A DNA stretch of 64,000 bases. It comes from Curvularia clavata (Eukaryota). Below, piece after piece: positions 1-11,972 of the stretch. The position numbers were made by a program, and so were the translations under genes. The stretch spans positions 1,860,001 through 1,924,000 of the forward strand of contig CP089278.1 in NCBI GenBank assembly GCA_023920165.1. The letters are read 5' to 3'. Numbering within the stretch: the first letter of the stretch is position 1; the number at the start of each line of letters is the position of its first letter. Below the pieces are notes generated by a model, which was given only the letters and a program-made list of their open reading frames with translations, was not told where the DNA came from and ran no database searches.

Positions 1-442
1 GCATGTATAACCATGTTCAACGCATTGGATGGTTTAGCGCATTCACCGTGTTTATCGCATAGTGCCTATAAATATCTAGGTATCGATTACGGATTTCCTG
101 CTGGTTCAAGCCTCCATGTTCAGGCTTACTTGCAATAGTGGCCATGAATGGAAGGTCAGAGCAGCCAAGGCGTTAGTGCAATATATAATGGGGGCGAGAA
201 TCCAATCAGGCAAAGTCGATTACCGAAGCCGGGTGAAAGCTACAGGGTGCTCATGTATCATTTAAGCCTACAACAGCTAGCATAAAGCCACCCATTAAAG
301 CCTTATTCCATGTGCGATATCGCATGGAAGCATTCAACCGTAGGAAGATTAGGAACAAATCACCGTTGAGCACAAGAGCATATGGTAATTGTAACAGAGT
401 TATGCACGATTTTGTCTATTCAAATTTCAGGTACAGGTACTC

Positions 443-1163
443 TCAGAGGCTTCCCTCTTGCCTTTTCAAACGCTCAAAAAGCTGGACAAAGGCAGCTGGT
501 TCTTGAGCCCCGCCCAGTTCATACTGATCGTTGATTGTAAAATGCGGGACACCAGTAATGTGCTGCTGTCTGGCCTGAAGCACCTCCTTGTCAACTTCCG
601 CTCCACCTTTGCCCGATTCGAGCCATTCCTTTATCTCTTTCTCGTCCAGCCCAGCTTTGACACCGGCCTCCGTAAGTACTTCCTGGGTCGTAATGTCTTT
701 TTCGTTTTCAAAGTAGGCAGCGAAGAGTTCCTCAATCACACGCGTTTGCATCTGGCTTCCCTTGGTCTTCGCCAGCTGCACAAGGCGATGGGAGTCACGT
801 GTGTTCCCGGTGTTGCCGCCATATTTAAAGTTGATGCCTTCGGCTTTTCCAATTTCTGAAAGGCGCTCTTGCATCATTGCTGTGCGCTCTTTGCCAAACT
901 TAGACTCATATGCTTGCTGCTTGTTGATGCTCTTGCCTGCATCTGGGTTCAGGTAGAAGGGAAACCAAGATGTGGAAAAGGTGTCGTTTGAGTCAGGATG
1001 TTTCGCTTTGTAGGCCGCAATGCCCTGCTCAAGGCGCTTTTTGCCTACGTAGCACCATGCTGTAGGGAGTGTTCAGTCTCAAATACGCTTCCATACGCCA
1101 CAAATACACCAATGACTTACGGCACACGGTATCGCTAACGATGTTGACCTGGAAGTTGGTCAT
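443..1163 (-). CDS. DsbA/FrnE-like thioredoxin-fold protein (2 exons)
   Basis: Exons 1163-1121 and 1059-443 with a GTAAGT...TACAG intron. The spliced N-terminus MTNFQVNIVSDTVCPWCYVGK places a CPWC redox motif across the junction. The C-terminus has the GVP cis-Pro loop (ITGVPHF) and GAQ motif typical of the FrnE subfamily. Confidence 0.9.
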
Positions 1164-1581
1164 ATTGCGCAGACTTGCTCGGAAAGCCACGGTGAAGTTT
1201 TGTATGACGTATACTGGTGCTGGAGTAATGTCATTGTTTCCGGCATCTCTAACTTATAACTAGATAGATGGCGAATTGAGCGGCGATCGTTGCTGACAAA
1301 TGACGTGGTTGTGTTTATCGTAGCCTGCGGAATTTTCCCTATTCCAGCAGATTCCGAGGTTCCGAGGTTACGTACAAGAGCTGTTGACCTCACCAGAAAC
1401 GCACTACCGCACAAACGCTCTTACTGTACGCATTTCATGATGCTGTGTACTTTGGCTATCTAGTATCATGGGATCATTTAATCAAATTTTGTAACAGAGT
1501 AGACCGGATGACCGTGAACGCCTCGCTATGCAGAGAAACAACTTTTGCTCAATTCAACTGAGCGCGCAGCAATCTTACTTT

Positions 1582-3132
1582 CTATTGCTGTGCTCGGTGC
1601 AACTCCTCACGGAATTTGGCCCCACGAACCAAGATCAACAACACTCCTGGTATGCAAAGCAAATCCATGATGCCCAGACCTGTAAATGCCCATCCCCATC
1701 CCATTCCCTGGAGGACGCGGCCCATAATAGCTGCGCAGATCGCGGCGGCCACGTTGCGGAGAAAGCCTCCGAGTGCCACCAGACTCGCAGTCTGAGTGGG
1801 ATCACATTCTGTTTGAAATGAGGTACTCGTCACAAAAACGACAGAGACACCGACGGCCGCAAGAGCTGAGCCCAAGAGACTTAGAGCTGGATGTGCGTGC
1901 TTGAGCGCGAACCAACCAAACATTATCTTTCCGGCTGCTGCAATGACGAACCCCGGAATTTGGATCGCAATTCGGCGTTCGGGTGCTACTTTTCCATCGG
2001 GGCTGTTGGCAATCGCTTTCTTCCGCATAGAATCAGAGAGCCGTCCAACGACAATGGAAGCGACGAACATGGCGACACCAGGACAAAGGAAGCCGTATCC
2101 CACCTCAGCAGTAGTCCAATCATAGCCCTCTTGCCAGATGGTAGGAAATGAAATGTACATGCCATACAGACCAGCGAACTGGAAGGCTCCGTTGAAAGAA
2201 ACGATCAGGTGAGGTGGGTATTTCAGAAGATGCATGAACTTCCGGAACGAGGGTCGGGGAGCCTTTGGAACATCCGCATCGGTACATGGCTTGGTTCGGA
2301 GTTTTGGCATCGATATCCAGGGCTGTCGGGCAAGAGCAGCGCCATTCCCAACAAGAGACCTCAGGGTTTCTGGCATGCAAAAGACAATAGCAAGATACAC
2401 CGGAAGACTTGCCAACGACAGGAAACCAAAAACCCATCTCCACCGCGTCTCGGTTGCAAATTGACCACCGATGAGAGGCCCCAGGATAGGGCCAAGCTGA
2501 GGTCCCATAAGGAACCAGGCCAGGGCAGATGCACGGCTTGCAGGTTCGGTGATGTCGGCTACTGTGCCAGCTCCAACAGAGAAGACAATACATGATCCGA
2601 AAGCCTGGAAGATTCGAAGAACGTATAGCAGCGCGATATGGGGTGGAAGTGTAGCAAGTAATGTGTTAGCGATGAGAAAGCTTCCGAGCCCGACCATGTA
2701 CACCGTCTTCCTGCCGCCAATGTCAGAGGCCGCCGCACCAAAGAGAGGCTGGTAGACGTCAGCAAAGTCTTTGGGATCTCATACTGGAGCACTTACTGCG
2801 ATGGCAAACACAATCATGTACATGGAAACCGTTCCATTGACTGCAGTTTCGGAAGTCTGGAAAATCTTCCGGAATAGTCTGAGCGAAGGCAGATAGACGG
2901 CTCCACAAAGTGGCCCAAAAAAGCCAGCTGCGGTAACAACGCCTAGGATGAATCGTCTGCGATTAACCGAAAATGCAGAATAGGGCGGTGGACCGGGTGC
3001 CAGTGGTACATCATCCGCGAAAGATTGATGGGGTTCATCGATACTGTTTGATGAATGATCGTCCTCGCTGTCAATGCTGTCACGGCATCTGTCATAGGCG
3101 GTCAACTTTTCAAATTCGATCGGTGAGCGCAT
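1582..3132 (-). CDS. MFS transporter, DHA1 drug:H+ antiporter type (Dtr1/Qdr-like), ~500 aa, 2 exons
   Basis: Exons 3132-2797 and 2748-1582 join in frame (GTAAGT...CCAG). Motifs seen: PYSAFS, SDIGGRKTVY (motif A), LRIFQAFG, GPQLGPILGPLIGG (motif C), WRWVF, PETL and PERR. Confidence 0.9.
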
Positions 3133-4954
3133 GATGAGGGAGTGGTGAGTGAGGTGATGCCTTTGACAGTATGGAATGTGCTATCATGAATGGAAGCATA
3201 CAAAGACAGTAATATGTGTGGACGCAACGCTCAGCATAGCCCCATAATCGGAACGGCCTACATGTTGCTTCTGCGCTACGCCGCACTACCCAAACTCGAC
3301 GCCCTATTCTGGGCGCGTATTGTGGGCTTTCAGCGACGCCCCGCTTCCAGGTTGTTCGCTAGAGGATATGACCTTGTACAAAGCATATATTTTTGTCTCG
3401 GCTGTGTTCAACCCAGCCCCTACCACAAGGAAGCTTGGCAACCATCAAGTTCAGCCCCCAATGATTTCTTACAACAGGCTACTCCTCAAATCTCACCTTC
3501 ACTGTTACGTGCTGGTATGAACGACGGTATGAACTTGTTCCAAGTTTCTTCTTCATGCGCGAAGTCTTCGAGTGCATCATGCTGGCTTACCAAGATCTAG
3601 TCCTTCTCAAAATCCGGTATGCACTACAGAGTATGATAATGGCTGGCTGAATATGCTTAAGCCATTCGGCATTCTGACAGGGGGTCCCAGTTGTGCTTTG
3701 CCTTGGATCGGTGGCATGCATGGCTTGTATCACAAGCGTTGACAAAACCAGTGTATTCTGCTAGCGCCTGGCACGGACATCCCGAGGGGCTGGGGCAAGC
3801 CTGAAGGTTGCATTAGTGGGCTCCACCCTGTAGCGAAGGAATACCGTCCACCCACGCTGCGCCTACCAAACAACTAGGTGATGTGACATGTAGAATCGCC
3901 ACTCTAGCTATAGGCCATAGGCGCTACAGATGCCGGCCATGCAACCAAAGGAAGACTGCAGTTATGACAGCCTATCTGGCACAGAAACCAAAGATAGCGA
4001 CATGAGTTAGCTGTCACTGAACATCATGGCGCAAGCACCTGGAATTAACTGAGTTGGGTTATTTTGTCCCAAGACATCAGGAGATGGGTCTCGCTGACCT
4101 GAGCAGCCGCACCGGTTCATGAGCAAAGCTACTGAGCGTGGCAAGCAATCATTTTGCAGCAAAGTAATGCAGCAGGTAGTGCACAAACCCACATACACCA
4201 ATCCGCAGAGGCTGACGCGCCTCCTGTAGCCAGCTATGGGAGAATCACAGATCATCTCAGCGCTATGTATGTTCTTGAGGTCTAAATTCTCCACCAAGGC
4301 ATTCCTCGCTAGCTAGTGTATAGTGGCTGGCAATTTCCTCAACACTTGTCATGGGTATTTATAGTTTTGGCACGGACAACTCTTTGTTCTTTTTGGGTAC
4401 AAGATGTTGCGGTCTTGAATACTCTGTTGCTCCTTCGACTGATGCTTACTTGGGACTCGGATGAACTCATCATAAGCAAGTCACGTGGTGCATGGAGCGC
4501 CTGAAGTTTAATGTCAGCGGAAAGTGGGGACTACGTTCTGACATGTCGTTGAACCGAAATTACTCTTGGTTGCCCTAATCTCCACTTTGCTCTGGACTAG
4601 AAACCTTGCACTGAAAATGTGACGTGTGTTGAAGGACCAACAAATGGGCCCGTACGTGACATGGACAATTCGCTGTCATCGTTTTTACTACTTTGGTGAT
4701 GGAGGGGAATGTAAGTGGGGTAAGCTAGTGTCGGGCCTTCTATGTTGTCTAGCTGGAGTGATTGTCTGCTCTGCGGTCGTTCTAAGTGATCGATCCAGAA
4801 CTTGTGTATTGCAAAGCAAGAAACTAACGAAGCTCACGAGACCTTGAAACTTTAGCAGAGAGGGATTAGGAGCAAAACATGCGATTAAGGTATTACGAGA
4901 TGTGAACTGTAGAATTAAACACCGATCGCTATGCAAACAACCCGCTGAACCATC

Positions 4955-6484
4955 CTATGACTTTTCCAATCGTCCTGTGATACTCGCGAATTTTAATTTC
5001 AAAGCCCGCGGGTACAGGGGCCCTGCAGGTGTCATTCTTCCATCCCACTTCTCATCCACCTTCCACCTAACATCTCTCAGTAACTGCACCAGGGTAATCC
5101 TCAGTTGCTGCATCGCAAACTTCTGGCCGAGGCAAGCTCTCCTTCCACCATGGAAACTGATAAAAGCGCACTTAGAATTGGCACGGCGGTACAACTTGTT
5201 AATTTCCTCGTTTGTGACACCCCAACGCTCAGGCTTAAAGTCTTCGGCATCAGCGCCCCAGAACTCTGTGTCACGGTTCGTAGAATAAGCATTATATCCC
5301 ATGTACACCCCAGCGGGGACAGAGACTGCGTTTCCGAGAACGACGGGAGTTGTTGTGCAGCGGTTGATAAGCTGAGAGATGGGTGGGAACATACGTAGAG
5401 ATTCGTACAGGACCGATGTGAGGAGCGGCAGGTCGTGGATGGCGGTGTAGGAAGGCTCGTAGTCTGCAGGTGCGTTGCTGGGGTACACAGAAACAATTTC
5501 TTGGCGAACAGCTTCTTGGACATGAGTATATGTACCGAGAAGGTACATGAGCGACATGAGCGCTAGCTGGGGGTTTTCGTGCCCGGCGAGAAAGGTGCTG
5601 ACTAGGTTGTCGTCGAGATCTTTGTCGCTGAGAATGCCTTCGCGGTGAGAACCGAGGAGTCTACAAGCAACGTTTCTGCCATCGTTCTCGTTGCAGACAT
5701 GATCTGTGTGGCCCTTGACTATGGCGCTGCGGAGAGTGTTGCGGAACTGCCCGCTAAGCACACGGCCCAGCTTGCGCATCTTCAAAGGTAGATGGTCAAG
5801 GAACGGGAAGTTCAAGAAGATTGGGTGGAAGATTATGGGCTTGATCTTCGTTTGTAGCGTGTGTAGCGGGGCACTTGCGTGCTGTAGAGTGTCGAAGCTG
5901 GAGCCATATAGGACTTCTGAGAGGTTGGCAAGCGCATATCGGTGGAGCAGAGAGTAGACTGGAACTCCGTTGCCCCCAGTATTCTTGGAATCGCTCAGGA
6001 ACATGTCACTGAGAATCCTTGAGTTTTTCCAGATTTTCTCAGAGTCCTGATCAGCTTGAAGGGCGGGTTTAATGACGCGCTGGTAAAGCCTCCATTTCTC
6101 GCCATGAGCGCTGATGATGTTCTCGCCTGTGTACTCTGCAATTACGCTATGCGGAATCTTGACTTGGTTTCCAGACTTTGCGTATGTGTCTTCTTGCTTG
6201 AAAATCTCTGCTATGTAAGCAGGCTTCGTGACCAGAATATTCCACTGTCCACCAAAGAACAATTTTACTGCGCCATATTGTGCCAGAGGCTCCTTCAGGT
6301 ATCGCCGATAAAGCTCAGCTTGGTCGACATCTTTGAATAGAGGTAAAAGGCCGTAGTAGAAAGGGATGGTTGGAATATTCTTGGGAAAATGTTTTGGTGG
6401 TGTGAAAAGGTACACGAAGAAGGTAGCCACACCAAAGACAGTAGCAAAGGCTGCTATGAACACCAAAGATAGATAGGAAACCAT
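4955..6484 (-). CDS. DIT2: Cytochrome P450, Dit2/CYP56-like
   Basis: Single 509-aa ORF with an N-terminal membrane anchor, I-helix AGHENPQL (CYP56-style, no conserved Thr), ESLR, PERW and heme motif FHGGRRACLG. Divergent from a Dit1 homologue, as in yeast. Confidence 0.88.
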   Translation of the reverse strand: MVSYLSLVFIAAFATVFGVATFFVYLFTPPKHFPKNIPTIPFYYGLLPLFKDVDQAELYRRYLKEPLAQYGAVKLFFGGQWNILVTKPAYIAEIFKQEDTYAKSGNQVKIPHSVIAEYTGENIISAHGEKWRLYQRVIKPALQADQDSEKIWKNSRILSDMFLSDSKNTGGNGVPVYSLLHRYALANLSEVLYGSSFDTLQHASAPLHTLQTKIKPIIFHPIFLNFPFLDHLPLKMRKLGRVLSGQFRNTLRSAIVKGHTDHVCNENDGRNVACRLLGSHREGILSDKDLDDNLVSTFLAGHENPQLALMSLMYLLGTYTHVQEAVRQEIVSVYPSNAPADYEPSYTAIHDLPLLTSVLYESLRMFPPISQLINRCTTTPVVLGNAVSVPAGVYMGYNAYSTNRDTEFWGADAEDFKPERWGVTNEEINKLYRRANSKCAFISFHGGRRACLGQKFAMQQLRITLVQLLRDVRWKVDEKWDGRMTPAGPLYPRALKLKFASITGRLEKS

Positions 6485-7430
6485 GGTGTTGAGATGATGC
6501 TTTCAGAACCGCAAGAGTCTTCGACTACTGCTTTGATAGAACATAACTATATGAAACCTGTAAACAATGCCAACAATATTCCAGCCCTACATCGGGGCGG
6601 TGCTCCCAAGCGAAAGCGGCTGAAGGCTGAGGCGGGAAGCATGGGTGCACAGACTCTGTACCTAAGGCTCTAAGCCCCATGCACCTACAATTAGACAATA
6701 GAGGGTTTACGGAAGTAACTTTTTTAACTCGATGCACAATGCTTGGCAGACTTGTCCAATGGTTCGTGGTGTAGCCAACAAGGGTAGGGAAATCCCCGCT
6801 CAGGCATGCCGCCAAGGATATGCCAACATCTCTGTGGACCTGAGGATCTCGGTAGCTCTGCCACTACCGTTCAGCTCAAAGCCTTGCAGCGTAGCAACCA
6901 GCTGGATCCTACGGTGGGACCGGTGCCACAACCAGACGGCTCGCCCTGCCCAACCGCTTCGCTTCCACCGCCCCTGTGAGTATTGCGATGCATGCCAAGT
7001 TGTGCATCTTATGGGTATCGTAGGTGCAGAGCAGGGGGCCATCCCATGCACTGCCTCCCGATACGTCCGGCATAGCGGTGAATCCCATGAGCTGAGTTGT
7101 GGTAGCGAGATTAGAAGCTACCGTAATTAGCGTGCTCGTCAGTGTATGGAGCGCACGACCGGTGGCTTGCTAGATGCCATGCGCAGTAGCGTGGGCCGCT
7201 TGCGCTCTGGCAATGTGGAGCAACGCTTTTTGCAATAATCAGAACATGTGCATTGTATTTTGATGATATATTAGAAGCCGGCATGTTGATGGTAGGACAA
7301 TCAAATAATCAACTCCCACAACAGTTTCAGCCTCACAGGCCTTCAGCATCTTTGTCTCCTATTTCCTTTGTCTAGTCTCAGCATCACCACTTCAGCGGAT
7401 ATCCCTTACTCTTTTCTTTCATAATCCACA
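6485..7430. promoter_or_regulatory. Shared divergent promoter of the DIT2-like P450 and the DIT1-like isocyanide synthase
   Basis: 946-bp head-to-head intergenic region between ATGs at 6484 (-) and 7431 (+). TATA-like runs near 6549 and 7266. Confidence 0.7.
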
Positions 7431-9537
7431 ATGGCTCCTCTCAACAAGTCCATCAACACCTACCACTGCATCCAGGGGATGTACTGGAGAAATGCCTCCG
7501 GTGAACTCCTAGCAATCGAGGGAAGCAACTCAAAATCACTTCCAGAGATCTGGGCACAGCTGAAAGACATTGTTTGCTCCACGGAGGCATCATGGACACA
7601 GCTCCAGCTACCCTCTGGAAAATGCATCAAGTCTCTCCAGATCAATGCCGACATCCCGGCCCTTCTCAACATTCGCTCAAACTTTCCACCTACATATCAA
7701 CAAGAGGAGCTCACTTCACAAATTTCTGAAATACAGGACGAGAACGGCCTCTTCCTCGGTATTATTACATCCAGGCCAAAGATTGTCAAAGCCGATGGCT
7801 TTTCAGTATGGGCAGAGCGTTTTGTTCTCCTAGAGACAGAATTCCAGCCGTTTGCTGATATCTCGTCATCTACTACACCATGGGCTGTGAAGCACCGCGA
7901 GACCTGTGCGGTCATTGCAGAGATATTCGAAAGGAGACTCAAGAATGTCTCCAAGGATGACCAGTGGCACCTCGGCGGGAAAGAGGTTTTTCTGAACCGT
8001 GTCTACGGCTATGTCGACAAAAACCTACCCATACAGCTGGCGTTACCTGCGTTTCCCTGCAAGTCGCCTAATCCAAACAAGGTCGGTGGCATCATGCCAG
8101 ATCTCGCTGAGCACATCGCGATGGATACACTCCGCGATTTCGTGAAAGAGGTGAACAGCGTATATGAGCCTGGCGCGACTATGTGGGTCATTAACGACGG
8201 CCACGTCTTTTCGGATTGCAGTAAGTCTTTTGCTTGACACTCACGCACGACAGATATTAACAAGCACAGTTGGTGTTGATGATGAAATGATTGACACATA
8301 TGATGCCTGCATGGCAGCAATCTACAAGGAACGATACCCAGAGGATGGCCCTGTACCAGCCATCAAATTCAAGGGCCTGAAGAACATTTTCGCTGCAGAC
8401 TCAGATGGCTTTCAAGGCCTGCAGAAGCTGCTTCTCAACTCCCACCAGATGCCCCACCCTGTAAAGACCAAGCTTACCGGCGAAGCTGAGCTTTGTCGAA
8501 AACTGATGCTCGGCATCGGTGGGCCTGACCGTGCATACATCCGCCAGTTGATTGAGCAACAAGAACCGGATGCTCTTGGCCTATACCGAGGTCAGACACG
8601 CTTCATGCTTGAAGACTTGGCTGATATCCCATCGGTCAAGTCTATGAGCGGTAAGCAGAAGAAGAAGACGGCAGCTCTTGTCGCAGAAGAGATGATGTCT
8701 CGAAACCAAGCATACTCCAACCTCACAGAGCTTCTCCTTCCAAATTACGTTCGTCTCTCAATTCACGCACACAACAATGCGGGTCCTAAGTTTGCGATTC
8801 GGCTGTTGCCAGCAAACACCGTCCGTGCAATTGACTCCCTCGAGACCTGTCTCGAGCCCAACCCGGTTTACGAATACCAACTCCCAACTCCCTGGCACAA
8901 CTGTATGATCAAGGTTGAAGGCGACGAGTTTATGTACCTTGCCAAAGCCCAGGTTGCCAGAAAAGCTCTACAGAGCCCAGGTTTTGTGGGATCGTGGGTA
9001 GATGGGCCTGATGGATCATACTTTAGTCTGAAGCGCAAGTCTCCTGCAACATCTGGCACCACTGCTCCTCCCAAATTGGTCATCCCCAGCACTATTACAA
9101 TGGAGAAGGTCACCGTCTTCAACCAGAACAAGAAGAGCACCATTGTACTTGTCACGCCGATCAACGAGAAGAAGAAGCCAATCATCATTTGCTCGCCTGT
9201 CGTTGGCAAGAACAGCCCCATCGTTGTCACTTCCTCGACCGACGACGGACACCGACCCATTGTCGTTTGCTCACCCGTCACTCGCAGACAAGCCATGTTC
9301 TCCCCCATTGCCGACAGGGTGCGCTCACCCATCGGCTCTCCTATCGTACGCACGAAGACATCGGTCATTGCATGTGACCCCGCTGCGGAGAAGGGTGCTG
9401 CGGTTGTTGTCTCACCGATCGAGACCGGTACGCTCAAGCGCCAGGACACACACTTTGTTCAGCGCGGAGAGAAAAACAGGTTGCGCAAGCTTATGCCAGT
9501 CATTTCCATGCTTCGCTCTATCCGCTCGCAATCGTAG
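7431..9537 (+). CDS. DIT1: Dit1/PvcA-family isocyanide synthase, ~685 aa, 2 exons
   Basis: Exons 7431-8220 and 8270-9537 (GTAAGT...CACAG) restore NDGHVFSDCIGVDD. Family motifs LPAFPCKSPN, PDLAE, RNQAYS, VRLSIHAH and PTPWHN are present. No fused TauD or NRPS domain is visible. Confidence 0.93.
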
Positions 9538-10264
9538 TTAATGTGTTTTTGCCTGAGTGTTTTGTTATTCTCGGATGTTTCTTTTCTACAAATGTATTAG
9601 CCTAGTACATTCGCTATCCCATACCTTCTTCGCATCTATATATCCTACTGAAAAAAGCTGCATTCGGCGTTTGGCGCGATGACGGGCTTCGCGATTCTAC
9701 AAGAGCTAACCAGAATGCTGCTCTCGCTTTAGTATATCAATATCTATGTTTTCCTCGATGGAAAAAATTCTTTTCTTTTCCTTAATGAATTGTTCCTATA
9801 TTTTCCAAGAAACTGAAGAGGATTGACAAACGATGTCCCTAGGAGTCGTCTTGCTAAGCTTTGCCCAGCTTACTATATTGTATGCACGTCCCTCGCATAT
9901 TATATTAAATGTATTCGTTTATGCAGAAACTTGCGCAATTCAGCTCAGCGCTGGTGTCTTATACGTGCAAAATATATGGAAATGTTTTGTGTGCCCAAGA
10001 CTTGATTGCCGTACCGGTCACGATTGAGGGTGAGCTGGACGCCTTACCTCGATTTTCTTCAGCGCTTGTTGCAACTGGCAAGATGCAGGATTTTGCCAAG
10101 AGTCGTTTGTTATTTCGAAGTTGGGCTGATGAACGCCCTGAATCCGAAAAGTGTTTAAGAGGTGGAGGCGGAATTGGGAAATGTAAACATCGTCACTTGC
10201 TAGAAAGTGGAAGGAGCAGCTCGAACGCCTCTGTTCTAGACTTGCACTCCTAATCGCTGTCACT

Positions 10265-11068
10265 ATGGGTTCAATTCAGATCACTAAGATGCTCGCCTAT
10301 CTTCTCGCACTTCAAGTCATCGGATCAGTGGCAGGCATGTGGTACTATTCGCGATTTAACGATAAAGCATACTGACTCGAAGTAGCGTCGCTCGCCACGG
10401 TACCGCGCACCTATGGCATCGTTCTCTTCCGCATGTTCGACATGCTTGACGTATACGGCCCATCCGAAGTTCTTCAGTTTATCGGCGGATCGTACAAGAC
10501 AGATATTGTCTACATCGCCGAAACTCTAGATCCCGTTACGACGCGCCCAGCTGCGGCAAACATGAACCCCTTGAACTCGTCGGTATACCCTTCGCTCACA
10601 CCAACGCACACGTTCGACACAGCGCCCGAGCTCGATGTACTCATCATTCCCGGCGGGCCAGGCTGGCGCAATCCTACAACTTTAAACACCACCATGGAGT
10701 ATATCCGTAAGACAACGCCAAAAGTCCAGCAGGTTCTTACTATTTGCACAGGGTCTGCCCTGGCCGCCCGCTCCGGCATATTGAACGGCAAAAAAGCTAC
10801 TTCGAACAAATCCTCGTGGCTCACCACTGTGCAAAACAATCCAAACACGACATGGATTTCTCACGCACGATGGGTTGAAGACTACTCGAGTTTTCCGCCT
10901 ATCTGGAGTTCGTCGGGCGTCACAGCTGGTATTGATATGATGTTGCATTGGGTAGAGAAAACTTACAATGCTGAGAATGCAACTACTATCGCCAGGTTTA
11001 TTGAGCATGTGAGGATTACGGATCCGAGTATTGACCCGTTTGCGAGGAATGATACGATGGCTGAGTAG
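10265..11068 (+). CDS. DJ-1/PfpI (ThiJ) family protein, isocyanide hydratase-like, predicted secreted
   Basis: Exon 1 10265-10334 encodes a hydrophobic leader. A GC-AG intron at 10335-10385 precedes exon 2 10386-11068. Motifs: LDVYGP, DVLIIPGG, ICTG (nucleophilic Cys), ARWVED and SSGVTAGIDM. Confidence 0.85.
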
Positions 11069-11972
11069 AAATGATTTTAGTCAGCTAGGTCCAGCAACAC
11101 GCCTACTAGCGAGAGAGTCAACTATCTGCGAGGTCTAAAACCTCTGATTGTACCTAAAGTGACTGGCCCCTGCGTGCAATCTACCTAGACGTCCTTCCCT
11201 TTCAGATGCTTTTCGCCTCTCGCTCTAATCTGCACATCCATACAGTTAGGTTCTGGATTAGAAAGTCCTCCTTTGGCATATCTGAAATATGCAATTCGCC
11301 TGTCACACGTGTGGGGGCGTGTCCCAGGACATGCAAAATATGTGGGCCGCTCCTCCCAGCCGCCTCCCTTGTGGACCTATAAGACCCATCAGATGTGCAC
11401 CATAAGAAAACCAGTAAACTTTCTCGAGAGAGCGTTAAGAACGGTCGCTTAGAGGTTTGAAATATGCCTACTCGGAAACTTTCTCATTCGCAGGGGAGGT
11501 TAGACCGCATTGAGCATGGCGCACCTGCAAGACGAACATACCTGCAGGACACAAGACGGAGGAAGTGGGAACATGCCGTCACAATCAGTAGACAGTCAGG
11601 TCGTGCTGTTGTACGAAACGGAATGACAGGCTCCAAAGAGGCTGTCAAGGTGGCCAGGCACCTTTGTAAGTCTGGGATTGCCTTGTAATTTCGTTGGCAT
11701 GCGGAATTTCTTTCCCCACTGAAAAAAGCTGGGTATATAAATAGTATGGTTCGTTTTTCGCTTCCACCGCTCTTTCTAGGAACTAAGATTTCACCTCTCT
11801 AACTCACTAGGCTACAAAGCCACCCCTTGAAATGAGGTTGCAAAAAAAGGTATAAGATTCACAAGGTCGAGTGTTACCCAAACCAACAGCCTCGCCTATT
11901 ACTCTACATATCCCGCGCTTTCCTTAGTGCTCGCCAGTACTCCTCCCCTTCGCGCCTGTACGATTCAGACGC

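Noticed and set aside
3190..4936. Short ORFs between the MFS and P450 genes as extra cluster genes
   Set aside because: There are no recognisable motifs or consistent splice models. The region is more likely the MFS promoter and P450 3' UTR.
8868..9449. Long antisense ORFs over dit1 (and likewise over DBP3, FCP1, RAD54, ATG26)
   Set aside because: These are typical antisense shadows produced by codon bias in GC-rich fungal genes.
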